IMG/VR virus record: IMGVR_UViG_3300033150_000870
Coordinates: 4,329-68,328 of that record
Length of the DNA stretch: 64,000 nt
Reading direction: 5' to 3' (one strand)
Origin: a virus
Shown here: positions 51,917 to 62,331 of the stretch, in pieces
How the letters are laid out: every line of letters begins with the position of its first letter
Numbering within the stretch: the first letter of the stretch is position 1
Notes under the pieces: model-generated
Seen by the model: the letters and a program-made list of their open reading frames with translations, nothing else
What the model was told of the DNA's origin: nothing
Database searches by the model: none
Made by a program: the position numbers and the translations under genes

Positions 51917-52636
51917 ATGCTTGTAGGTGTTATTTGTCCCGACGGAAAGACGAAGGTATCATTTCTTGAATGCTTGAGATGTAAAAACGATAGATGGTGT
52001 GGAACACGAGAATTTAGATTTCTATACTTATTTTCAAGACAAAAATTGTTAATGGATAGGTTTCGGGTGTCATCATTATGTTATTTAGACCCGGCGCGAG
52101 AGGTGTTCTATCGTAAGTTTGACTACTATATTCCTATTAATCTCGTGCATATATTTACAATTGGACACGCCATCCATAAAGAATACCAGAGAGCGTTTCC
52201 GCCAGAAGACTGCGAGGTGCGATTGGAGGTAAAATTCAATTCCTATAGCATCAAGGGGAGTGCTGACATTTTCCACAACAATATCCTCTATGACATCAAA
52301 ACAGTGTCCCACGACGGTACCGGCACAAAGTGGTACTATAAAAATCAACTCTCCATCTATGCCACTATGCTTGAAGACTATTACCATAACCCCGTTAAAC
52401 AAGCATTCATCTGGCAAATCAATAAATCCACCGGCGCAAACAAACTCTACGAGGTCGAAATTGATAAGGAAGTCTTTGAAAGAGCAAAAGAAGTTGCAGA
52501 AACGGCGCACAAATGTTTGCAAGATAACTCTTCATGTGAGCTGTTTATGAATGTCGGAGATCATTGTCGAGATTGTTTCGTGAAGGACTATTGTAATGCA
52601 TACAAACGGAATAAGATTAAAATGCTGACGACATAA
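51917..52636 (+). CDS. Cas4-like PD-(D/E)xK exonuclease
   Basis: GHAIH, GSAD, YDIKT, QLSIY and HCRDC...C. Confidence 0.85.
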   Translation: MLVGVICPDGKTKVSFLECLRCKNDRWCGTREFRFLYLFSRQKLLMDRFRVSSLCYLDPAREVFYRKFDYYIPINLVHIFTIGHAIHKEYQRAFPPEDCEVRLEVKFNSYSIKGSADIFHNNILYDIKTVSHDGTGTKWYYKNQLSIYATMLEDYYHNPVKQAFIWQINKSTGANKLYEVEIDKEVFERAKEVAETAHKCLQDNSSCELFMNVGDHCRDCFVKDYCNAYKRNKIKMLTT

Positions 52637-52689
52637 TTTTTTTCTTTCTTTTTTTGCGCCAAATAATTTGGAATATGAGATGGTGGAAA

Positions 52690-52960
52690 GGCTTTTAAAA
52701 AGCGCTGAAAATCACAAATTAAAACTTAAAACCGGGAATTTTTTTATGGATATATAAATTTGGGGTTTTGTCGTATTTTTTTGATTAGAGAATGATAGTT
52801 GGCGGGGGAGTTGAATTTTGTTGATTGTCGGGAAGTATTCAAAACCTTATCTTATTGATTTACAGGTTTAGTGCGAGGGTCGAAAATATAAAAGTGGAAA
52901 TATTTAAATATGAAGATGTCGAAATAAAATGTGTATATATACAAACAAAATGAGGTGATG
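52690..52960 (+). repeat. Intergenic repeat element, copy 1 (includes TATA and SD)
   Basis: GGCTTTTAA..AGCGCT, TTAAAACTTAAAAC, TCGTAT, TTGGCGGGGGAG, TTTACAG, AATATTTAAA. Confidence 0.75.
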
Positions 52961-53017
52961 CCATGCTCTTGGTTTTGAAAAAAATAAAAACGGATATATA
53001 TGTATTAGTAAAAATGA

Positions 53018-55908
53018 ATGGAGGTAATAATTTTGAATGAATATAAAGATAAAATAATAGATATGGAAACCACATTTAAGAAAGCAGATAAACTTGCTAA
53101 CGAACTTGCAAATGTATGTGATGGAAAACAAAGGCGTGTAATATTGATTGCTTGTAGGTTGCTATTAGTAAAAGTAATCCTCAATATGTTACATGAACTT
53201 GATGACGAAAATGATAAAAAAGAAATATTATTAACAGAGATTGGCGCAAGTATAAATGTGCTTACGAATACTATTATTGAAAACGGGATAAAAATAAACG
53301 ATGAAGAGATAATAAAAGAAGTGAGGGATGCAATACGGTTCGCAAGAAATACACCACGATAATATTACCAAAAAAGAAATATAATGAAATCAAAAAGATA
53401 ATTACTAACTTCTATCCCACAGATAATAATACACAAAAAGTAATCTCTAATCTCAGTATGCATAAAATACTATTCTATACTCTCAAGTTTGCACATCAAA
53501 ATAAATTTACCTTTAAAACATTCTTAATTAATGAGGTGATGAATAATGGCTCGTAAGCCTTCGACAAATACTCAATTAGCAAGAAAGGAAAATGCAATAC
53601 AAAACATCCTTGCAAAAATAACAAATAAAGAACCGCTCACCCCAGAAGAATCTCAGTTGATCGCAGGAGCATATGTGTTCTATAATGTCAATTTGAATAA
53701 GATTTCTGCGCAGGTAAAAAAGGTGAAGGATGCGATCAAATATTCAATGGAGAATAATAATATTACCCAGCTTGCGACGAATGATCCATTAATATTCCTT
53801 GAGCTGACAAGACCCACTGTTTCAGTGCCCGACACGAAATTACTTGTTGAAGTATTATCTCCCGAACAGCTTGCAGAAGTGATAAAAACAATAGATAGGA
53901 ATGCTCTCAAAAAATATGTCGATCCGAATACCTATGAGAAAATTATGAAAAAAGAACCCGCATCATTCACAAAGCTTGAAATTAAAATTCGTGAAAATGA
54001 AAAAGTAAAATCATTGACATCAAAACAATACGACAAAATTACTGCTAAGAAGATGTTAATGCTGGAGTGATACTATGTTATATGTTAATTGTCCAAAATG
54101 CAAAAATACCAAAATTGTCGAGAATGAAACTGATATTATAGTATGTGATATATGCGGACATCAATTCATATTAAGTGAGTGTTATGAAAATAATAGAGGT
54201 GATTAAATGACTAAAATAAAGAAAATAATTGTTGAATATGAAGATGGCGCAAAAATCAAATACGCCACTCTCCACGATCTCATTACAGATTTTTTTGGAG
54301 AGATTTGCGAGGATATTTGTGAAGATTGTGACTTAAAGTTTGCGGAGGCAATGTCAATTGAACGAATTTGAAATACCAAAAATTAAAATGTCTCGTGAAG
54401 AACTTAAACAAATATTACTAAAATACTTCATTGATGGCGTGGAAATAACTTCAACAGACCCTAGATTATGCTTGAAGGCAAGGGTACGAGGCTATCAATT
54501 TCGATTATGTTTCGGGTGTGTGCCGTTCTTTCGTAATAACTGTTTAAATCCACATATTACAATGGATCGATTACTTGCTATCTATAACTTTTTCACTCTA
54601 ATCAGATATATCACAAACCCCGATATTGCATTGAAACCTAACGGCCCAGATAGAATCAAAATGCAAGCACGAATATTCAAACGAAGCTACAAGGCGATGT
54701 TAATTTGAATGACGATAAAATTAAAGAAACCTTAAAAAATGACCTTGAAATTGCAAAAGACATTCTCACTAAGATACAGCCCTACATTGAAAATATGACT
54801 CCCCACCAAATATTATCTCTTGCGCAGTATCTCAATGTTATCGGACTGAGTCAAGTAAGCAACCATATTAATTTAAAAGACAAAAATGAAAAAAGAAACT
54901 TCATTAATATTGCTTTCAAACTTGTTATTGATCCCTTACAGTTCATCTTCTTTAAAAATAATATAAAATGTGATATAAATTTGAAAATACAAAATGAAAA
55001 TAAAAATGAAAATTATATAATATAAGGTGGTGATAATTTATGGAAGAAATATTTGAACAAATAGGAATAACTATTGAAGAAGTACAACGAGTATTTGCAG
55101 ATGCCGATAAAATAATAGAACAACTGAAAAAAATGCTACAAGGTAAGCCACTCATAACATCATTACTCGTCGGAAATTTCTTGTTATCACTAACAGTAAA
55201 AAGATTGGCGCAAAAATTTGGACTTGAAACCCACGAAAAAATAAAATCATTTGCCGATATGACGGGGAGCTTATTACTTGCGCCCCTTGAGGAGGCATTT
55301 ATGGAATTTAATAAAGAATATGATGTTGATGTAGTAGTTAAAAAAAGGAAGTGATATAATGGATGAATATAATATAGATTTAACAGAGCTACTTAAAGAG
55401 TTAGGTGCATCTTCAAAACAAATTAAAAAAATACTTTCTGATGTCGATGAAATACTAAAAAAGATTGATCCTATTGTTGATAAAAAAAATATTTTAACCG
55501 TAATTTTCGTGAATGCCTATCTCTCCTTAGGAATCATCGAGAATATGATGGAAAAACTAAAACCAAGTACTCCAAAAGAAATAAACTATTTCATAGCGCT
55601 AATGACACATATACTATTAACTCCCCTCCAAACTATACTAGCTGATTTAGGATTCAATTCACATATAATAGTGGAAGACAATGATTTCAAGAAAAATGAG
55701 AAAAAAACGAAAAAGCACAATTACATTACCTAAAGAGGCATTAAAAGAAATTCACAACCTTCGATCAACTATCTTCAAAGACGAAAAAGAACTCCAAGCA
55801 ATTATAAACGCTATGCCTATATGGAAATTTTGTGCAATCGCAGTTCTTTTTGCGCACCACAACTCTTTTTCTTTTAAGAAGTTTTTCGAGGAAGTGATGA
55901 ATAAATGA
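53018..55908 (+). other. Small-gene module: helical paralogues (53018-53362, 54705-55025, 55040-55354, 55359-55733), RHH-like paralogues (53335-53556, 55681-55908), 53546-54070, zinc ribbon 54075-54206, 54340-54708
   Basis: Co-oriented ORFs with SDs; mutual similarity seen by eye. Confidence 0.65.
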
Positions 55909-56765
55909 ATGGGTATTGTATATTTCATCGTTCTCGTAAGTATAAGACTGATACATGCGATATTTACACACCACACTCAATATATACCAGTAATACGGGA
56001 ACTTGCGAGTCTTGTGAATACTTCGTTAAACCCAGTAATATTATCTATGCAGTTGATAGCCCACCAAAAGACACACTCATATATGATGAAGCGATGGTTT
56101 CTCGTTTCCTCTCCACAGTATTACCCCCTCTCGAAAAATCGGAACTTATTGTCATCCAGCTCATAGCACGCCGAAAATATTCATCTCTTGTCGAGAAAAG
56201 CAATATTGTTTGCGCCAAAGATTATATTCACCACAAATCCGATCCTATCACGAAGATTAAGAGAATGGCGCGATGCAATGAACTATATATTGCCTATGAT
56301 AGTGGTCAGTATCTTCCTATGTCAGCATTCGGGCTGTATATCAACTTGAATCCAAAGGATGGGCTACGAGGATATTTCACATTCTCCGCAGATGCCAATA
56401 AAAGAATAACTCAATATATTAATACCGAAAATCCCGAACATAGACCCAGCTTTTCTAACATTTTCAGTCTTCTATTCTCCGCAGTCACCCGCAGTAACTC
56501 CCGCAAACTCTATACCCTCGTCGATATTGACAAAAAAGATGAAGAACTGCTAATCAAAATCGTGGAGCTTATCGGCGCCGAACATATTATATGGGTGACC
56601 GAAACACACGGCGGGTTTCATATGATTGTGAAGAAAAACAAGGAATCATCAGCACGAGTCTATCAGATAAAGAACGATGTGATCCATATACATTCCGAGC
56701 CACTCACAGTCATACCAGGTACGGTGCAAGGCGGGTTTATGGCTCGCGAGGTGGTGTTTGTGTGA
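55905..56765 (+). CDS. Second AEP-superfamily-like protein
   Basis: LVDID and ETHGGFH resemble AEP motifs I and II. Confidence 0.5.
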   Translation: MNGYCIFHRSRKYKTDTCDIYTPHSIYTSNTGTCESCEYFVKPSNIIYAVDSPPKDTLIYDEAMVSRFLSTVLPPLEKSELIVIQLIARRKYSSLVEKSNIVCAKDYIHHKSDPITKIKRMARCNELYIAYDSGQYLPMSAFGLYINLNPKDGLRGYFTFSADANKRITQYINTENPEHRPSFSNIFSLLFSAVTRSNSRKLYTLVDIDKKDEELLIKIVELIGAEHIIWVTETHGGFHMIVKKNKESSARVYQIKNDVIHIHSEPLTVIPGTVQGGFMAREVVFV

Positions 56766-57301
56766 ATAAAATTAAAGAATTAAAGGAATTACATATAAAG
56801 ATAAATAAAATATTAGAAGAAATGGAAAAAATAACGGTGGAAAAGGGAATTAGATTTCTAAACGAATTAGATGAATCAGAAAAAAAGAGAGTAGATGAAC
56901 TAACAAAAGAACTAGAAATATTAATTAAAAGAATGGAACAAGAAAAAAAGAAAATTGAACAGAAAAAAGAATATCTCAATTTTAAATATCATTGGCTAAT
57001 GGTGTTATCTGGCGTCATACCTCTATTAATAATTGCTTGTATATTTGAACCGTTTTCTTATTCAAACTATTTAATGGTAATCGCTACAGTTGTAATAGTC
57101 ATAGTTATAATAGTTTGGCTATTTATGATGTGTATTATTGAGGGAGAATTACAAATGAAACTTGATTATCTTGAAAAAACGAAAACATTAACAACATCTA
57201 CTTATAATTATATTTTAATGGCATTTAAAAATGGAATCGCTATAAGAAGATGCGAAACGATAGATATGGCTATTATTATGATGGTGTTAAAAAATTCGTA
57301 A
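56762..57301 (+). CDS. Coiled-coil plus two-TM membrane protein (start re-called)
   Basis: GAGGTG SD, then a GTG overlapping the previous stop. Confidence 0.6.
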   Translation: MNKIKELKELHIKINKILEEMEKITVEKGIRFLNELDESEKKRVDELTKELEILIKRMEQEKKKIEQKKEYLNFKYHWLMVLSGVIPLLIIACIFEPFSYSNYLMVIATVVIVIVIIVWLFMMCIIEGELQMKLDYLEKTKTLTTSTYNYILMAFKNGIAIRRCETIDMAIIMMVLKNS

Positions 57302-57317
57302 TTTGAAGTTGTAAAAA

Positions 57318-57590
57318 GGCTTTTAAGAAGCGCTAAAAATCACGGTTTTGGATTGAAACTTAAAACTTAAAACTTATTTTTTTATTATTATATTTTTCGT
57401 ATTAGTCGTATCAAGAATACTTGGGGGAGGAAATAGGTTTTTGGTGGGTTGTGGGGATGCTATTTTTTTACAGATTAATTAAACGGAAAATATTTAAAAA
57501 GGATGAAGACATTGACTACATATATAAAGAAAAAGTTTGGCATATAACTTGTAAAGTAGTGTATATTATAAATAATTAAAAAGGAGTGTG
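57318..57590 (+). repeat. Intergenic repeat element, copy 2
   Basis: GGCTTTTAAGAAGCGCTAAAA, AAACTT x3, TCGTATCAA..ACTTGGGGGAGG, TTTACAGATT, AATATTTAAA. Confidence 0.8.
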
Positions 57591-57598
57591 ATAGCCCA

Positions 57599-57862
57599 AT
57601 GGGTGTTGATGAATTTAATGAAAATGTTGATGAAGTTAAAAAAATTAAAATTAAGGTCTTTTTATCGGGTGTTGGTGACCGAGAAATAGAATTAAATGAA
57701 GGTGCTACGGCTGATGATCTTATTGATATACTATCTAATGAAGGCTATTGGAAGCCTGGATATTACCTTATGCGAAATGGTAGGTTAGTTTTTGGTTCTG
57801 ATACATTAACTAATGGATGTGCTTACTTAGTTTCATGGAAGGTTCATGGTGGTACTCTCTAA
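57599..57862 (+). CDS. Ubiquitin-like protein, precursor ending GG-TL
   Basis: IKVFL..GDREIEL..GATADDL...RNG...KVHGGTL. Confidence 0.85.
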   Translation: MGVDEFNENVDEVKKIKIKVFLSGVGDREIELNEGATADDLIDILSNEGYWKPGYYLMRNGRLVFGSDTLTNGCAYLVSWKVHGGTL

Positions 57863-57917
57863 TCTCTAATTTTCCTTATTTTTTTTGTACTTCTTATTTT
57901 TTGTAAGGTGACAAATT

Positions 57918-58652
57918 ATGATTGATATACGATATATTATTAAAGAGTTAGAGAAAATAGAGAATATTCACGATATTGTAATCTATGATTCTCAGAATTT
58001 CGGGTTTTACTATGATTATGAGATTAAGTACAACGATTTAATACAAACTGGTACTGTGTTCATTGATGTTCTATGTTGCGCAAATAATGAATATGAATTT
58101 ATTGAGCATTACCATGAAAAAATATTTAAATATTACATAGATTCTGAGCGAAACGAATACTATCATCCTCACATTAGTGTATCAAGCAGTTTTCTATGCT
58201 TGGGAGAATATTCAGAAATTATTGAAAAAACGATAATGAATATCGAGAAAATAGAAGATATGTATCTATTCACAATAAACATAATTTTAAATGTGCTAAA
58301 TAGCTATAATGCATACGACAAATACTACGACATTTTTACACCAATAAATGATGAAGATGATTACGACGAAGACGACGACGGATACATTGGAACATGTAGC
58401 GAGTGTGGAACGGAAATATACGAAGGATACAATTACTACCATTGTCACGAATGCAATGAAATATTGTGTGAAGACTGCTACTACTTCTGTGAAACATGTG
58501 AAGAAGTGTATTGCAGTTATCACTTGAAGCCATGTCAAATATGTAGTCAAATGGTGCATTGTGAGATTCTATGTTGGATGTGCTATTCTTTTATGCGTAA
58601 ATTTCTAAGGATACTCTATAGGTTCGTTAATTTTGAAGGAGATGATGAATAA
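57918..58652 (+). CDS. E2-like conjugating enzyme fused to a multi-CxxC zinc domain
   Basis: YHPHIS...LCLG catalytic motif, acidic linker, repeated CxxC. Confidence 0.75.
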   Translation: MIDIRYIIKELEKIENIHDIVIYDSQNFGFYYDYEIKYNDLIQTGTVFIDVLCCANNEYEFIEHYHEKIFKYYIDSERNEYYHPHISVSSSFLCLGEYSEIIEKTIMNIEKIEDMYLFTINIILNVLNSYNAYDKYYDIFTPINDEDDYDEDDDGYIGTCSECGTEIYEGYNYYHCHECNEILCEDCYYFCETCEEVYCSYHLKPCQICSQMVHCEILCWMCYSFMRKFLRILYRFVNFEGDDE

Positions 58653-59459
58653 ATGACCAAAATTATATTAGTAATTCCCAAAAAGGCGTTTAATTTTCTT
58701 TATGACTTACTTTATGCAGTAGATACCGAGTTCGTACTGTTGTTTTCAGCATATAGGCGTTCAAAAAGCAAACAAAAGATCATTATCGAGATTGAAGACA
58801 TCTATTATTTGAAACAAACAAATACACGAACAAGCACTGAAATAGATGAGCGAGAAATGGCAACATTCATAGAGAATCACAAGGAATTATTCACAAATTA
58901 CGACAAAATAATGTATAATGAGAAAATAATCGGTTGGATTCATTCACACAATACAATGGGAGCATTTTTTTCATCAATCGATAAAGCTATGAATAATCTA
59001 ATAGCTGGATTTGCGGGATTCTCGGTAGGACTAGTAATTTCACGAACTAAAGATCAAAAACTCGAATATTACATTGAATATACTGAAGATGGCATAAAAC
59101 AGACTGACTACGAATTAATACAAAACAATATGTATAGACCTAACACTAATTACCTAAAATATATAAAAGAAAAAGAAAAAATCATAAAAGAACTGAACGA
59201 ATTAAGCGATATTGATGATTTTGAGTATCCATATCCGTATAACTATGAAAAAACAAAAACAAACAAACTGGATGTAGAAACAATAAAAACGATATTATAT
59301 TCTTATGACGAACAAGAAGTATTAGAAGCAATACATAAATATCTCAACGAAACATACCCAACACCAGACAATTATATGAAATTACAAGAAATTATAGATG
59401 ATCTGTGGGATTTACTCAATGAATTTAGCGAGTTATCAAACTTTTACGGGTGGTATTAA
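58653..59459 (+). CDS. JAB/MPN+ metallo-isopeptidase
   Basis: DTE...GWIHSHNTMGAFFSSID. Confidence 0.9.
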   Translation: MTKIILVIPKKAFNFLYDLLYAVDTEFVLLFSAYRRSKSKQKIIIEIEDIYYLKQTNTRTSTEIDEREMATFIENHKELFTNYDKIMYNEKIIGWIHSHNTMGAFFSSIDKAMNNLIAGFAGFSVGLVISRTKDQKLEYYIEYTEDGIKQTDYELIQNNMYRPNTNYLKYIKEKEKIIKELNELSDIDDFEYPYPYNYEKTKTNKLDVETIKTILYSYDEQEVLEAIHKYLNETYPTPDNYMKLQEIIDDLWDLLNEFSELSNFYGWY

Positions 59460-59462
59460 ATT

Positions 59463-60191
59463 ATGCCTCGATATGAAGGATTCTTTAAATATTCTACGGA
59501 AAGACAGCGAATTGCATTAATCGGATGTGGGAGTCTTGGCTCATATACAGCGTTATTTCTATCAAAATGTGAATTTCCATTATATCTCATTGATGGTGAC
59601 ATTGTAAAGTTCGGTAATTTCAATGTTCAATATTACGACATTCGCGACCGATACGAACTCAAAATAACACGGTTGGAACATAAAATCATTCATAACTATT
59701 GTTTCCGAGATATTGACGATCCAGTAATTACAAGTCCTTATTTCATTCAAGCACATTCTAATCACCCGAAAATCATTCAAAACTTCAAAAACATCAACAT
59801 ATTCATTATAACTACTGATTCCATTCAAGCCAGAAGGAACACATTCAAACTCATTAAAGAAACTAATCCAAACTACACGATAATAATAGATGCTCGATCT
59901 GGAGGCGCAAAATACGAAATATTTACCATTATTCCCGAAACGACAATTGAAAATACATGGAAATACTCACTATCGGGTAAATTTAACGATGAATTTCGGT
60001 GTGGATTCAAGGAACTTCCGTTTGGGTCAGCTTATTGTGCGACATTGATTTGCAGAACCCTTATGAACTATCTTTACTACGATAAGTTTCAATTCTACCA
60101 ATCCTATGACTTTTTAAACGATATTTCAATGAAAATGACCGAAAAAGAATATGTCAAATTTGAACAGCAATTGAGAGAGGCGCAAAAATGA
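59463..60191 (+). CDS. ThiF/E1-like activating enzyme
   Basis: IGCGSLGS, IDGDIV..GN..VQ, TTDSIQAR, IDARSG and RCG. Confidence 0.9.
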   Translation: MPRYEGFFKYSTERQRIALIGCGSLGSYTALFLSKCEFPLYLIDGDIVKFGNFNVQYYDIRDRYELKITRLEHKIIHNYCFRDIDDPVITSPYFIQAHSNHPKIIQNFKNINIFIITTDSIQARRNTFKLIKETNPNYTIIIDARSGGAKYEIFTIIPETTIENTWKYSLSGKFNDEFRCGFKELPFGSAYCATLICRTLMNYLYYDKFQFYQSYDFLNDISMKMTEKEYVKFEQQLREAQK

Positions 60192-60325
60192 AAAACCTCC
60201 TACTCTACATTGCTCTAATCTTCGTCATCATTGCTTTTTACATCAGAAGGCGCAAAAAATCCCGATACGAAAACAAAAAATATGAGCGAATTAATAGAAG
60301 ATACACTCGGAGGCGCAAAAAATGA
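60188..60325 (+). CDS. 45-aa membrane-anchored basic peptide (not in ORF track)
   Basis: MKNLLLYIALIFVIIAFYIRRRKK...; ATGA overlaps at both ends. Confidence 0.55.
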   Translation: MKNLLLYIALIFVIIAFYIRRRKKSRYENKKYERINRRYTRRRKK

Positions 60326-60603
60326 CCGAGTTTCGAGATAAATTATTTCATATCTATTGTGAGTATCGTAAAATATACATTGACCTACAGCACGACAAAA
60401 TAAGTTTCGATGAGGCGTTTTTGTGCGCCAAAAAATTATACTATCGAGCAAAAGAGTTATACAAGCAATATAACCGACCCTTACCAATTTATCATACCTT
60501 TTTTGACAAGTACGATAATGATTTCGATGACATTTACTATATATCAATGGTAGATTCAATCAATACAACATTCTTAGCCAAAAAACTTGAGCGTTTTGAA
60601 TAA
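60322..60603 (+). CDS. Hypothetical protein
   Basis: GGAGG SD; last gene of the ubiquitin module. Confidence 0.6.
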   Translation: MTEFRDKLFHIYCEYRKIYIDLQHDKISFDEAFLCAKKLYYRAKELYKQYNRPLPIYHTFFDKYDNDFDDIYYISMVDSINTTFLAKKLERFE

Positions 60604-60631
60604 TACTTTTTTAGTAATCTCTTTTTTTGAT

Positions 60632-60875
60632 AAACCTTTTAATAAACACTAAAAATTATAAATTAAAACTTAAAACTTAAAACATATAAAACTGATTTTG
60701 TAATTTTTGTTTTTATCGTATTGTTAAGACTTGGGAGAGAGAGGATTCCCGGTTTTGGGTTAAAATGCTTGGCTAATTTTACAGATTTAACGGCTTTATT
60801 AAAACAGATAAATATAAATATGTTAGTGTAATTTAATAAAATTGTATCTATTAAAAAATTCAAAAGGAGGCTTGA
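60632..60875 (+). repeat. Intergenic repeat element, copy 3
   Basis: CCTTTTAA, TTAAAAC x3, TCGTAT, ACTTGGGAGAG, TTTACAGATT. Confidence 0.75.
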
Positions 60876-60881
60876 TAGTCT

Positions 60882-61058
60882 ATGTTTGTAAGTGTTGTTG
60901 AAGTGAATGAAAAAACAAAACTAAGAGATTTACTTGAAAGAATTGATTTAGATTATATATATATTGTTGTCAATGGTAAAATTATAGAAGACACAGATAT
61001 AGAAGTAAATCCCGATGATGAAGTATTATTAATTCCTATCATAGCTGGTGGTGCATAA
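60882..61058 (+). CDS. ThiS/MoaD-type ubiquitin-like protein, precursor ending GG-A (not in ORF track)
   Basis: Hand translation MFVSVVEVNEKTKLRDLLERIDLDYIYIVVNGKIIEDTDIEVNPDDEVLLIPIIAGGA*; GGAGG SD. Confidence 0.85.
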   Translation: MFVSVVEVNEKTKLRDLLERIDLDYIYIVVNGKIIEDTDIEVNPDDEVLLIPIIAGGA

Positions 61059-61060
61059 AA

Positions 61061-62051
61061 ATGAATTGTGCTCGATGTGGTAAAGAATTACATCAAACTT
61101 TCATTGACGAAATAGAAATAGATGGCTATACAATCGAGTTTGGCTATGTTTGTTGTGAATGTTTTGATGAACTAAAAAAACAAAACAAAATAACAATAAA
61201 AGATAATGAAATAAATGAAATTAAAAAACGATTGAAGGAATTAAAACAAGAAAAAGAATTAGAGAAACATAAAGAAATATTAGATAAATTTGCTAATGAA
61301 TTCGGATTAACACATCTAACTTATCTACGATTAAAAGAAATATTACCAGCATTTATGCCATTTCCTCGAATAAAACACCATCATTGTTCATGTGGTAAAA
61401 GAATTTACATAAAAAAATACAAAATGTGTTATGACTGCAGATTACGACATAGACAATACTATCATTCAAGAAAAATATACGGAACAGATTGGAAATTGGC
61501 GCGAAAAATAAGAGAAACACCCCCAGAATCATTTAAAATTGATACACCATTCCTTTGTGTGTTTTTTAACAAAAATGTATTTCAATTTAGCAATGATAAG
61601 CGAACAGCTCAATATCGAACTGCACCAATCGATAAAACTCACTACATTGATAACTCAGATTTGAACTACAGAACGGAAATTGTCTGTAAAGCCGTAAAAG
61701 ATCATAGATCATACTCATTCTTGTGGATTGAAGCATATACTTACAATAAACACGAAATTGACGCCATAAAAAATGACGATACATTAACAATTCAACAAGT
61801 TATCAAGAAAATAAATGAAAATATTCAATACTACGAATTTAGAGCGTGATTAAATGAAGTTAATAAAACAAGTATCTGAATATTTCTCAATAACGGAATC
61901 TGAGGCGCAAAACATTATTGCTCGGTTCAAAATCAAATCAATCCGTGATTGCGACAAGAAATACAATGATATTGTTGATTATTTAGAACCCAAATCTATT
62001 TTTTATAGTGTGCGATATAATTATGTGCGCCCTAAGTATGATAAATCGTAA
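61061..62051 (+). other. Zinc-finger protein (61061-61849) and small hypothetical protein (61854-62051)
   Basis: CARC, CCEC, CSCG and CYDC. Confidence 0.6.
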
Positions 62052-62068
62052 TTCTTTTTTTTAAATTT

Positions 62069-62325
62069 GGCTTTTAAGAAGCGCTAAAATTTTCATATTA
62101 AAACTTGAAACTTAAAACTAGCTGTTTTTTGTTATAAATTATTATTATATCGTATCAATAAAACTTGGGAGAGGAAGATTCCTTCTAAATGCTCAGTTTG
62201 ACTGATCCAGGCTCGGTTTTTATGTGTTAATTGGTCATTCTTTTGTGATAATCTGTAATCGAAACTTATATATATCAAATCTTACATATATTATATTGTA
62301 TCTCAAAAAAACAATTAGGAGGTTT
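62069..62325 (+). repeat. Intergenic repeat element, copy 4
   Basis: GGCTTTTAAGAAGCGCTAAAA identical to copy 2; AAACTT array; TCGTATCAA..ACTTGGGAGAGG. Confidence 0.8.
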
Positions 62326-62331
62326 GATAGC

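Noticed and set aside
51917-52636. CRISPR-Cas locus suggested by the Cas4-like and Csx-like genes
   Set aside because: No repeat-spacer array, cas1 or effector genes were seen; solo Cas4-like nucleases are common in archaeal viruses.
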